From Acidimicrobiia bacterium (GTDB taxonomy: Bacteria > Actinomycetota > Acidimicrobiia > IMCC26256 > JAMXLJ01), in the NCBI GenBank assembly GCA_024281095.1, contig JAMXLJ010000082.1, positions 31,700 to 95,699 of the forward strand: 64,000 nt of DNA. Direction: 5' to 3'. A program made the position numbers and the translations under genes. Positions 1 to 8,232 of the stretch are shown here, one piece after another. Below the pieces are notes generated by a model. That model was not told where the DNA came from. It worked only from the letters and a program-made list of their open reading frames with translations, and did no database searches. How positions within the stretch are numbered: the first letter of the stretch is position 1; each line of letters begins with the position of its first letter.

Positions 1-22
1 GGCCCTCGTCGCGACATCCCTC

Positions 23-511
23 GTGCCGGTGGCGCGTGGGCTCGCCACGTTCGCGCGAATTCCGCGCGGGGCGTCGTCCGCATCGGGCTCGTTCAACCCG
101 CGCGATGCCGTCGGGCAGCGGCGGTTGTTGTCGACTGCGAACGGTGTGCCCGTCGCCGGTCTGGCCGAGCGCATCGGATTGCGTGTGCTCGACAGCCCGC
201 AGGGCGCGGTCGAGTTGCCGGTCACCGACTACGTGCGCAACAGCTTCGGTGCGATCAACGGGGGAGTGCTCGCGATGATCCTCGAAGGGGCGGCCGAGGC
301 CGCGGTCCCGGACGCAGTGGCTACGGATCTGCAGGTGCATTACCTGGCACAGGCACGCAACGGTCCGGCTCGCACTGCAACGGACGTGCTGCGCCGTGGC
401 GCAGACCACGCGGTGTGCCGCGTCGAGGTCGTCGACGCGGGCGACGACGACGCTTGTCTCGCGCTCGCGACGGTCACGCTGCAACGCGTGGCCGACGAAC
501 AGGCGCGATAG
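23..511 (+). CDS. PaaI-family hotdog-fold thioesterase (N-terminus may lie upstream of the window)
   Basis: The 162-codon ORF has high GC3. The core NSFGAINGGVLAMILEGAAE and the ~150-aa size fit the PaaI/4HBT fold. The frame stays open back to base 2. The stop lies 4 nt before the next start. Confidence 0.7.
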   Translation: MPVARGLATFARIPRGASSASGSFNPRDAVGQRRLLSTANGVPVAGLAERIGLRVLDSPQGAVELPVTDYVRNSFGAINGGVLAMILEGAAEAAVPDAVATDLQVHYLAQARNGPARTATDVLRRGADHAVCRVEVVDAGDDDACLALATVTLQRVADEQAR

Positions 512-515
512 CGCG

Positions 516-2936
516 ATGGGTGGCGTCTTCGAGGGTCTTCGTGTCCTGGACTGCTCGACCGGCATCGCGGGCCCGATGACGACGATGCACCTCGCCGACA
601 ACGGTGCTTCCGTGACTCGCATCATCCCGACCGCGCGCGCGGTCGCGAGCGAGCCGCGCGACTGCCCGGTCTGGGATCGCGGGAAGCGCAGTGCCGCGAT
701 CGATCTCGACACCGACGACGGTCGCCGGCTGTTCATCGGGCTGGCGGCCGGCGCGGACGTCGTCGTCGAGACGTTCGCGCCCGGCGTCACGAAGGGTCTG
801 GGTATCGACCACGCGACGCTCGCGGCCCGCAACCCACGCCTGATCACGTGCTCGATCACGGGATACGGGCGCTCGGGCCGGCACCGTGACCGTCCGGCCG
901 ACGACGCGCTCGTCGCCGCCCGCACCGGCCTGCTGCACGACCAGAAGGGCCGGCGTGGGACTGCGATGGAGTACGTCAACGGCCGTCCCGGGCCGCATCC
1001 CGAGTTCGACGCACCTGAGGGACTGGTGCGCGGCGCCGATCGCGCGGGCCCGGTCTTCGCCCGCGCGCCGTTCCCGAGCGTCGGCGCGATGTACAACGCG
1101 ACGCTCGGCATCGCGGCCGCGCTCCGGGCGCGCGAGATCACGGGCGAGGGCCAGTGGGTCGAGACCTCGTTGCTGCAGGGCGCGCTCACGGCGGCATGTC
1201 TCAACTGGCAACGGGTCGAGAACCCGGAGGCGCCGCTGTACTGGATGTGGCCCGTCGACGCGCGATCGATCGAAGGGCTCTACGAATGCGCGGACCGCCG
1301 TTGGGTACACCACTGGACCATCCGGCCGAGCTGGGTGCTCGCGTCGGCGGAGGGCGACGAGCTCGCCGACGTGCCGCTCGGGACGACGTACCGTGACGAT
1401 CCCGACCGCATCTCGATGGAGCCCGACGGCCTGCTGACGGGGATGTTCCTGCACCCGATGCTCGCCGACGCGTTCAAGAAGTTCCCGTCCGCTCAATGGG
1501 TCGAGGCGGCGGAGCGCGCCGGCGTCGGCGTGGCGCTCGTCCGCTGGCCGGCCGAGGCGCTGGCCGACGGGTCGTTCGTCGCCGATGGCTGCGTCGTCGA
1601 GGTCGACGACCCCGACCTCGGCCCGATCCGTCATGTCGGTCCGGTGCTCGAGTTCTCGGCCACGCCGGGCTCCGTGCAGGGCCCCGCGCCGCGCCCGGGC
1701 GCGCACACGGCCGACGTCGTCGCGGAGGCGACGATGGCAACGCCTTCATACTCGGCGGCCGCGTCGGCGCGATCACTTGCGCACCCGCTCGAAGGAGTGC
1801 GCGTGCTCGACCTCGGCCTCGGCGTGGCCGGTCCTTTCACCGGGCGTGCGCTCGCCGACCTCGGTGCCGACGTGACCAAGGTCCACGCGGTCCACGACAC
1901 GTTCTGGGCCGGGACGCACATGGGCCTCGGAACCAATCGCGGGAAGCGCAGCATCGCGTTGAACCTCAAGGACGAACGGGGCCGCGCCGCGCTGGATGCT
2001 CTGATCGCGCGCGCCGACGTCGTCACGACGAACTGGCGGCCCGGCGCCGCCGCACGCCTCGGAATCGACTACGACTCGCTCCGTGAGCGGTTTCCCCGCC
2101 TCGTCTACTGCAACACGCGTGGTTACGAGAAGGGTCCGCGCTCGGACCTTCCGGGCACCGATCAAAGCGCGGCCGCGCTCACCGGAGTGGAGTGGGACGG
2201 CGGGGCATGCGACGCGGGCAACCCGCCGCTGTGGAGCCGCTCGGGGTTGGGCGACACCGGGAACGCGTTGCTCGCCGCGATCGCGATCACGGCGGCCCTC
2301 TACCACCGCGACCGCACCGGACAGGGGCAGGCGGTGAGCACGTCGATCGTGAACGCGCAGTTGCTGTGCGCGTCGTACGCCTGGATCCACGCCGACGGCA
2401 CCCCGGGTGATTGGGCACGCGGGGACGCGCAGCAGTACGGGCTCTCACCGTTGTACCGGATGTACCGGTGTGCCGACGACCGTTGGATCTTCGTCGCCTC
2501 CACCGGCGACGAGCACCGGGCGCAGCTGGCCCGTGTGGTCGGCGACGACGCGATCGCGCCGAACGATCCCGACAAGACCGCGGCGACGCTCGAAGCCCGG
2601 CTCGCCGATCGCTCGGCGAACGATTGGTTCACGGACCTCGACCGCGCCGGGGTCCCGGTCGAGATCGTCGACGAGGAGTTCTGCCGCTCGTTGTTCGACG
2701 ACCCCGAGGCGCGCGCGGCAGGGCTCGTCGTCGAGACGTGGGCCGGTGGCGTGGGGCGGTTCGAGGATCCCGGCCTGCTCGTCGGCTTCTCGGCCACGCC
2801 CGGCGTGGTGCAGCGCGGTCCGTGCCTGTGCGGCGAGCACAGCCGCGAGATCCTGCGCGAGCTCGGCTACTCGGACGTGGAGATCGACGCGATGATCGCG
2901 GATCGCGTCGTGCTCGACGCACCGGTCACCCGGTGA
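516..2936 (+). CDS. Tandem-fused family III (CaiB/BaiF) CoA-transferase, two complete modules in one chain
   Basis: Module 1 starts GLRVLDCSTGIAGPMTTMHLADNGA and module 2 starts GVRVLDLGLGVAGPFTGRALADLGA. Both keep the catalytic-Asp segment (RPADDALVAARTG and LPGTDQSAAALTG). I chose ATG 516 because the 40 codons after the track start at 396 overlap the previous gene and are Arg/Ser junk. Confidence 0.85.
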   Translation: MGGVFEGLRVLDCSTGIAGPMTTMHLADNGASVTRIIPTARAVASEPRDCPVWDRGKRSAAIDLDTDDGRRLFIGLAAGADVVVETFAPGVTKGLGIDHATLAARNPRLITCSITGYGRSGRHRDRPADDALVAARTGLLHDQKGRRGTAMEYVNGRPGPHPEFDAPEGLVRGADRAGPVFARAPFPSVGAMYNATLGIAAALRAREITGEGQWVETSLLQGALTAACLNWQRVENPEAPLYWMWPVDARSIEGLYECADRRWVHHWTIRPSWVLASAEGDELADVPLGTTYRDDPDRISMEPDGLLTGMFLHPMLADAFKKFPSAQWVEAAERAGVGVALVRWPAEALADGSFVADGCVVEVDDPDLGPIRHVGPVLEFSATPGSVQGPAPRPGAHTADVVAEATMATPSYSAAASARSLAHPLEGVRVLDLGLGVAGPFTGRALADLGADVTKVHAVHDTFWAGTHMGLGTNRGKRSIALNLKDERGRAALDALIARADVVTTNWRPGAAARLGIDYDSLRERFPRLVYCNTRGYEKGPRSDLPGTDQSAAALTGVEWDGGACDAGNPPLWSRSGLGDTGNALLAAIAITAALYHRDRTGQGQAVSTSIVNAQLLCASYAWIHADGTPGDWARGDAQQYGLSPLYRMYRCADDRWIFVASTGDEHRAQLARVVGDDAIAPNDPDKTAATLEARLADRSANDWFTDLDRAGVPVEIVDEEFCRSLFDDPEARAAGLVVETWAGGVGRFEDPGLLVGFSATPGVVQRGPCLCGEHSREILRELGYSDVEIDAMIADRVVLDAPVTR

Positions 2937-2958
2937 CGGGTTCCCATAATCAATCCTC

Positions 2959-4125
2959 TTGAGTACGTTCGCGCCGATGCGACTCGAGGCCGGAGAGGTG
3001 CTCGCCGAGGCGGAGGCGACGGCAGCGCTCGGTAACTTCGGCGACGACGATTTCCGCGAGGGCCTCGACGCGTACTGCAGGTCGGTCACGCAGGAGGCGC
3101 GGCTGAACGACCTCGGTGCCGTGGCGATTCGTGCCAATGTCGTGTCCGCGCTCGTGAACCGTCTGCGAGTCGTCGACTACATCACCCGCAATCCCGACGT
3201 CGCGTCGGAGCGCGTCGAGGAGCCGCTTGTGGTGATCGGCATGTTCCGCGCCGGAACGACCTTCCTCAGCTACCTGCTCGAACAGGACCTCGCGAACCGC
3301 CCGCTCCTGCGCTGGGAGGCCGCGGACAGCGTGCCGCCGCCCACGCCGGACAGCTTCCGGTGCGGGCCCCGCGTCGACGCGGCACGCGCCGCCGGCGAGA
3401 TGTTCGAACAGCTCAACCCGCGCATGCGGTCGATCCATCACGAAGAGGCCGACGGGCCGACGGAGTGCATCGCGGTGATGAGTCAGGGCTTCAAGAGCCT
3501 CTTGTGGGAAGCCGTCTCCAACGTTCCCGCCTACAGCGAATGGCTGCTGGCTGCTGATCATCACGCGGTCTACAGGTACCACCGCCAAGTGCTGGGCGTG
3601 TTGCAGCACGGTGGCGTCCGCGGCCGCTGGACGCTGAAGAGCCCACACCACGCGCTTGCCCTCGACGCGCTCACGGCGGTGTACCCGGACGCACGGCTCG
3701 TGTTGTTGCACCGTGATCCGGTCCAGCTCTGCGCGTCGGTCTGCAGCCTCGTCACCGAGTTGTCGCGTCCCTTCACCGACGCCGACCATCGGGCCTACGT
3801 CGCCGATCACTGGGTCGCGATGCTGGAGCAATCGATCGCGCGGATCGATGCATTCCGCGCCGCGCATCCCGACCGTCCGATCGTCGACGTGCAGTACGAC
3901 GAGTTCGTGCGTGATCCGGTCGAGACGGTGGCGTCGATCTACGCGGCCTTCGGCGACACGCTTGCCGACGAGGCCCGAGAGGCCATGGACGCGTACGTCG
4001 CAGCCCACCCGAAGGGATCATTGGGCACCCACGAGTACGACCTTCGTGACTACGGTCTCGACCCGGCCGCGATCAACGAGCGCTTCGCCGGCTACGTCGA
4101 GCGCTATGCGGTGCCGACTCACTGA
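2959..4125 (+). CDS. Sulfotransferase family protein (Stf / Sulfotransfer_3-like)
   Basis: The protein has a P-loop-like PAPS 5'-phosphosulfate motif, GMFRAGTTFLSYLL, and a later WTLKSPHH segment. Its ~385-aa size is typical of actinobacterial Stf enzymes. The start is TTG 2959 or ATG 2977. Confidence 0.75.
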   Translation: MSTFAPMRLEAGEVLAEAEATAALGNFGDDDFREGLDAYCRSVTQEARLNDLGAVAIRANVVSALVNRLRVVDYITRNPDVASERVEEPLVVIGMFRAGTTFLSYLLEQDLANRPLLRWEAADSVPPPTPDSFRCGPRVDAARAAGEMFEQLNPRMRSIHHEEADGPTECIAVMSQGFKSLLWEAVSNVPAYSEWLLAADHHAVYRYHRQVLGVLQHGGVRGRWTLKSPHHALALDALTAVYPDARLVLLHRDPVQLCASVCSLVTELSRPFTDADHRAYVADHWVAMLEQSIARIDAFRAAHPDRPIVDVQYDEFVRDPVETVASIYAAFGDTLADEAREAMDAYVAAHPKGSLGTHEYDLRDYGLDPAAINERFAGYVERYAVPTH

Positions 4126-4150
4126 GCCTCAACGACGCGACGGTGGTGTG

Positions 4151-5194
4151 ATGCGAGCTTGGCGAACACACGAATACGGCCGGCCTACCGAAGTGCTCCG
4201 GCTCGACGAGGTGCCCGTGCCGGCACCTGACGCAGGCGAGCTCCGGGTCAAGGTGCAGGCGATCCCGCTGAATCTGAACGACCTGGAGCGCATCACCGGC
4301 GGCAACATGGCGGTGCGCCCCGAGCTGCCGTACAGCCCCGGCATGGAGGTGATGGGCGTCGTCGACGCGTGCGGCGACGGTGTCGAAGAGGCTCTGGGCC
4401 GGCGCGTGGTCGCGACGACGAAGTTCGCGTACGGGGGATTCGCGGAGTACGCGATCTGTCCCGCGGTGTCCGCGTTCGACATGCCCGAGGACATCCCCCT
4501 ACCGGACGCGGCCGCGCTCTACTTCCCTTTCCATCTGGCATGGCTCGGACTGTTCGACCGTGCGGCTCTCCAGCCGGGTGAGACCGTGTTGATCCACGCC
4601 GCGGCGGGCGGATCGGGCTCGGCGGCCGTGCAGCTCGCGGCGAACGCCGGTGCGCGCGTGTTCGCAACCGCGGGTACCGACGCGAAGGTCCAACTGTGCC
4701 GCGACCTTGGTGCCGACGTGGCGATCAACTACAACGACAGCGACTTCTCGGAGGTCGTGCTGGCCGAGACGGGCAACGCCGGCGTCGACGTCGTGTTCGA
4801 CAACGTCGGCGAGGCCGTCATGGAACCGTCGATGAAGTGCACGAAGTACAACGGTCGCTACGTCATGATGGGGTTCGCGTCGAACAAGGCCGTCGCGGAC
4901 GAACCGTTCCTGGTCCCTCGCCGTCTCATGCTGTCGAACTTCAAGCTCTGTGGCGTCATGCTCGCCTACGCCGCGCCCGAGGCGATCGAGTTCCTCAAGA
5001 CCGGGATGGGTTGGAACTTCGTGCCCGCGGCGGTCGGTGAACGGATCACGCGCGAGATCGTGGACCTCGTGCGCGAGAAGAGAATCCGGGCGGTCGTCGG
5101 CCGGACGATCGCTTTCGACGACATACCCGCCGCGATCCAGGCGATGGCCGACCGCGAGACGGTCGGCCGAACGGTGGCGCTCCTCGACGCGTGA
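4151..5194 (+). CDS. NADPH:quinone oxidoreductase / MDR-family zinc-independent alcohol dehydrogenase-like protein
   Basis: The 347-aa product has a GroES-like N-terminus (ELRVKVQAIPLNLNDL) and the Rossmann motif IHAAAGGSGSAAVQLA. ATG 4151 is in frame within track ORF 3656..5194. Confidence 0.85.
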   Translation: MRAWRTHEYGRPTEVLRLDEVPVPAPDAGELRVKVQAIPLNLNDLERITGGNMAVRPELPYSPGMEVMGVVDACGDGVEEALGRRVVATTKFAYGGFAEYAICPAVSAFDMPEDIPLPDAAALYFPFHLAWLGLFDRAALQPGETVLIHAAAGGSGSAAVQLAANAGARVFATAGTDAKVQLCRDLGADVAINYNDSDFSEVVLAETGNAGVDVVFDNVGEAVMEPSMKCTKYNGRYVMMGFASNKAVADEPFLVPRRLMLSNFKLCGVMLAYAAPEAIEFLKTGMGWNFVPAAVGERITREIVDLVREKRIRAVVGRTIAFDDIPAAIQAMADRETVGRTVALLDA

Positions 5195-5214
5195 CGCGTC
5201 GGTAGGCTCCGGCG

Positions 5215-5973
5215 GTGGCCGATCAGATGGCGGGCCGGCTCGCCGGGCGACTGGTGCTGGTCACCGGTGCAGGCAGCGGCATCGGTTGTGCGACCGCACT
5301 GCGCGCCGCGGCCGAGGGAGCGGACATCGCCGCGGTGGATCTCGCGCCCGACGGCCTCGAGCGACTGGTCGACGACGTGCGCCGGCTCGGTCGCCGTGCC
5401 GAGGCGCGGCAAGCCGACGTGTCCGACGCCGACGCGATCACGGCCGCGGTCGGCGAGCTGGCACGCGAGCTCGGGCCGCTTCACGTCGCGTTCGCGAACG
5501 CCGGAACGCTGACCCGCCGCACGACGCTCACAGAGCTCGACCTCGACGAATGGAACCGCGTGATCGCCGTTGATCTGACCGGCGTCGTGCTCACGTTCCG
5601 CGCCGCGCTCGCGAACTTCCATCCCGACGGTGGGTTGCTCCTCGCCTGCGGGTCGTCGCTCGCGCTCCGGCCCGGTACGGGGCTGCTGCCGTATGTCGCG
5701 GCGAAGGCCGGTGTCCATGCTGTTGCGCGCAGCCTCGCGTTGGAGCTGGCGCCACGAGGTATCCGGGTGAACGTCATCGCGCCCGGGCTGACCGAGACGC
5801 CAATGACGCGGGGCATGGACGGGCACATCGAGCGCGGGCTCGAATCGGTACCGCTGGGCCGCCTCGTCGAGTTGAGCGACGTTGCCGCGCTGGCCGTTCA
5901 TCTCATGACCGATGAAGCAAGGTCCGTCACCGGCAGCGTGTTCCCGGTCGACGCCGGCCGAACCGCGGTGTGA
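5215..5973 (+). CDS. SDR-family oxidoreductase
   Basis: The cofactor motif TGAGSGIG and the catalytic motif YVAAK (YxxxK) are present. The product is 252 aa and uses a GTG start. Confidence 0.9.
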   Translation: MADQMAGRLAGRLVLVTGAGSGIGCATALRAAAEGADIAAVDLAPDGLERLVDDVRRLGRRAEARQADVSDADAITAAVGELARELGPLHVAFANAGTLTRRTTLTELDLDEWNRVIAVDLTGVVLTFRAALANFHPDGGLLLACGSSLALRPGTGLLPYVAAKAGVHAVARSLALELAPRGIRVNVIAPGLTETPMTRGMDGHIERGLESVPLGRLVELSDVAALAVHLMTDEARSVTGSVFPVDAGRTAV

Positions 5974-5982
5974 TCCCGCGCG

Positions 5983-6426
5983 CTACTTCGGGGTGGCGAG
6001 GAGTACCGGGATCCGTCGTTCCGTGCGCTCCTGGTACTCGGCGTACGGCGGGTATGCGGCGACGGCCCGTTCCCACCACGTGTCGCGCTCGTCGCCGGTG
6101 AGCTCACGAACCCGCGCCTCGAACGGCTCCGGTCCGTCCTGGATCGTCACCTGGTCGGGGTTGGCCTTCAGGTTGTAGTACCAAACCGGGTGTTTCGGCG
6201 CGCCACCCATCGACGCGACGAGCGCGTACTCGCCGTCGTGCTCCACCCGCATCAGCGCGACCTTGCGGACCTTCCCGGTCTTGTTCCCGCGCATGGTGAC
6301 CACGACGATCGGCAAGCCGGTGTCGCGCAACGTGTTCGCCTCGTCGCCACCGGAGCGCTCATAGGCCTCGACCTGCTCGCGCACCCAGGCAGCGGGGCTC
6401 GGGGCATATTCGCCTTGCACCGTCAT
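5983..6426 (-). CDS. Deazaflavin (F420H2)-dependent nitroreductase-family (DDN/PNPOx-like) oxidoreductase
   Basis: The 147-aa product contains [47 protein letters not shown], which is characteristic of the DDN family. Its start ATG overlaps the stop of the upstream mini-gene (ATGA). Confidence 0.85.
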   Translation of the reverse strand: MTVQGEYAPSPAAWVREQVEAYERSGGDEANTLRDTGLPIVVVTMRGNKTGKVRKVALMRVEHDGEYALVASMGGAPKHPVWYYNLKANPDQVTIQDGPEPFEARVRELTGDERDTWWERAVAAYPPYAEYQERTERRIPVLLATPK

Positions 6427-6545
6427 CCCTGGCGCGCCTTCCGCCGCGGGTTCTGCTTGTTCACGACCACGATGCGACGGCCCCGCCGAACCACGGTCGA
6501 CCCGTCTTGCTGCTTCAACGACCGCAGGGAGCTCCTGACCTTCAT
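6423..6545 (-). CDS. rpmJ: 50S ribosomal protein bL36, Cys-less (type B / C-minus) paralogue; not in the ORF track (40 codons)
   Basis: Hand translation of the reverse complement gives [40 protein letters not shown] followed by a stop. A purine-rich GAAAGGTAGGAG lies directly upstream. There are no zinc-ribbon cysteines. Confidence 0.85.
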   Translation of the reverse strand: MKVRSSLRSLKQQDGSTVVRRGRRIVVVNKQNPRRKARQG

Positions 6546-6612
6546 CAGCTCCTACCTTTCCTTCGCGGCCGCGCTGGAAACCGTGACCGCGGATCCGATA
6601 TTCCGCGCTCCT

Positions 6613-6945
6613 TCATGGAGTGATCACGAGCCCGCAGATTCGATCACCGGCAAGCGTGAAGTGCTGCTGTAGGAGGACTGCGCCACCGGGGAAGTTGCCC
6701 GTAAGCCGCACGGTCACGACGATTTTGCCGCCGCCGACCGCCTCGGCGTCGAGGATCGCCGTTGTGTACGTGTATTTCGCCACTGGACCCGTGCGCCAGG
6801 AGCGGATCGCGGCGACGCCCTCATAGGCCTGACCGTCATCGATGACGCGGGCGTCTTCGGTGAAGAGCGCGGTGACGGCGTCGACATCACGGCGCGCGTC
6901 GAGCTCGAAGTACCGCGTGACGACCTCCGGAAGCGTGGCCCGCAT
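6613..6945 (-). CDS. SnoaL-like / NTF2-fold protein
   Basis: The 110-aa product starts VTRYFELDARRDVDAVTALFTEDARVIDDG, which is the typical SnoaL_2 N-terminus. It is the first gene of a three-gene minus-strand block. Confidence 0.75.
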   Translation of the reverse strand: MRATLPEVVTRYFELDARRDVDAVTALFTEDARVIDDGQAYEGVAAIRSWRTGPVAKYTYTTAILDAEAVGGGKIVVTVRLTGNFPGGAVLLQQHFTLAGDRICGLVITP

Positions 6946-7005
6946 GGCGCCTCCTTTCTTGCCGAGGTCAACGGATGCCTGGTGCGTCTGATTCCAACCC
7001 GCGCG

Positions 7006-8199
7006 CTAACTGGTGTCTTCCCTCGGGCGGTTCTTGGGGTGCCTCGGGTCGTGAGGTGGGACCATCTCCCGTTTGCCTCGGCCTTCGACGAGGGCCCAGC
7101 CGTCAAGTGTCTTGAGGGCGTGGTGGTACCTGCACAGCGGGTCGAGGTTGTCGAGCCTGGTCTCGCGGTTCGTCGCGTAGGGTTCGCGGTGGTCGACTTC
7201 GCGGGCGGCGTGGCTGCACCCGGCGACGCTGCACATGGGTGAGGACCACAGCAGGGCGATCTTCTGGGCTGTCGTCGGGCCGCGACCGAGGTGGGTGACG
7301 TTCAATACGTCGACGCCCTTGGTGATGACGAGTTTGAGGATGCTCTCGCCGAGCAGCTCGCGTGCGGTGCTCACCGAGATCGGTCCGAGACCGGGAATGT
7401 CGCAGCTGTCGCCGTCTGCGAGCGTGCCCCGGCGCAGGGCGTCGAGGTCGACGCGCACGATGGTCGTGAACCGCGAGCGCGAGTGCTTGGCGTCGTCGGC
7501 TCCGGGTTGGTCGGCGAGGGCCATGACCGCGTCGAACGCGTAGGCCTCGCGGGGTTCGTGGCGGCCTTCGGCGCGGGCGGAAGCGAACTCCTCGTCGATC
7601 AAAGGCTTCAACCGGGCTTCGAAACGGGCGCCGGCCAGCGCGGTGCCGCACAGGGCCGCGTGCCACGCTCCTTCGGCGTCGCGCCAGCTGCGGTACTGGC
7701 GCCGCGCGTGGATGCGCTGCTGGGTGATTTCGGGGTCGGGGTCGGCGGCGGTCCGGACGCGTAGTACCTCGTCGCGCAGTTCCTTGAGCGAGCCGCGCTC
7801 GGCCTGTTCCAACAGCCGGGCGGCCGCGTCGGGGTTCACGCTCGAGCCGTCGACCACTGCCGTGGCTTTCGCCTCGGACAGTGCGCCGTCGCGAAACGCT
7901 TGCTCGATCACGGGGAGCTGCTCCAGCTTCTGTGACAGCGCGAGCTGCGCCCGGGCCGCGCCGATCGACGTGCCCGCACGCGACGCCATGAACTCGGCGG
8001 CGCTGCGATGCCCCGCACGCTGCCACGCGCGCGATTCTTCGACCCGACGTGCCAGCAACGTCTTCGGGGCAGCAGCCTGGCGTTCGATCGCGTCGTAGCC
8101 CTCCCACAGCGCGACAACGTCGGGAAGCGGCACCGCGTCGGGTGCGAGCGCGCGCACGTTCGCGGTCAGCTCGCTTCGGATCTTCGCCAACCCGATCAC
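7006..8199 (-). CDS. DUF222 + HNH endonuclease protein (REP13E12-like)
   Basis: The C-terminus carries an HNH motif, CSVAGCSHAAREVDHREPY...LDNLDPLCRYHHALK. The long helical N-terminal region looks like DUF222. GTG 8199 is the first plausible start that does not run antisense into the esterase gene. Confidence 0.8.
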   Translation of the reverse strand: MIGLAKIRSELTANVRALAPDAVPLPDVVALWEGYDAIERQAAAPKTLLARRVEESRAWQRAGHRSAAEFMASRAGTSIGAARAQLALSQKLEQLPVIEQAFRDGALSEAKATAVVDGSSVNPDAAARLLEQAERGSLKELRDEVLRVRTAADPDPEITQQRIHARRQYRSWRDAEGAWHAALCGTALAGARFEARLKPLIDEEFASARAEGRHEPREAYAFDAVMALADQPGADDAKHSRSRFTTIVRVDLDALRRGTLADGDSCDIPGLGPISVSTARELLGESILKLVITKGVDVLNVTHLGRGPTTAQKIALLWSSPMCSVAGCSHAAREVDHREPYATNRETRLDNLDPLCRYHHALKTLDGWALVEGRGKREMVPPHDPRHPKNRPREDTS

Positions 8200-8232
8200 A
8201 CTGGGATCGTATGACGGGGGTGTGACAACAAC

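Noticed and set aside
474-1706. A 410-aa minus-strand ORF opposite the CoA-transferase gene.
   Set aside because: The product is Arg/Pro/Ala-rich low-complexity sequence with no motifs. It is fully antisense to a gene with clear family signatures, which is a typical high-GC shadow ORF.
6546-6612. A search for a Zur box upstream of the C-minus bL36 gene.
   Set aside because: No A+T-rich palindrome resembling TGAAAATGATTTTCA is visible here or just upstream of the SnoaL start, so I make no claim of zinc regulation.
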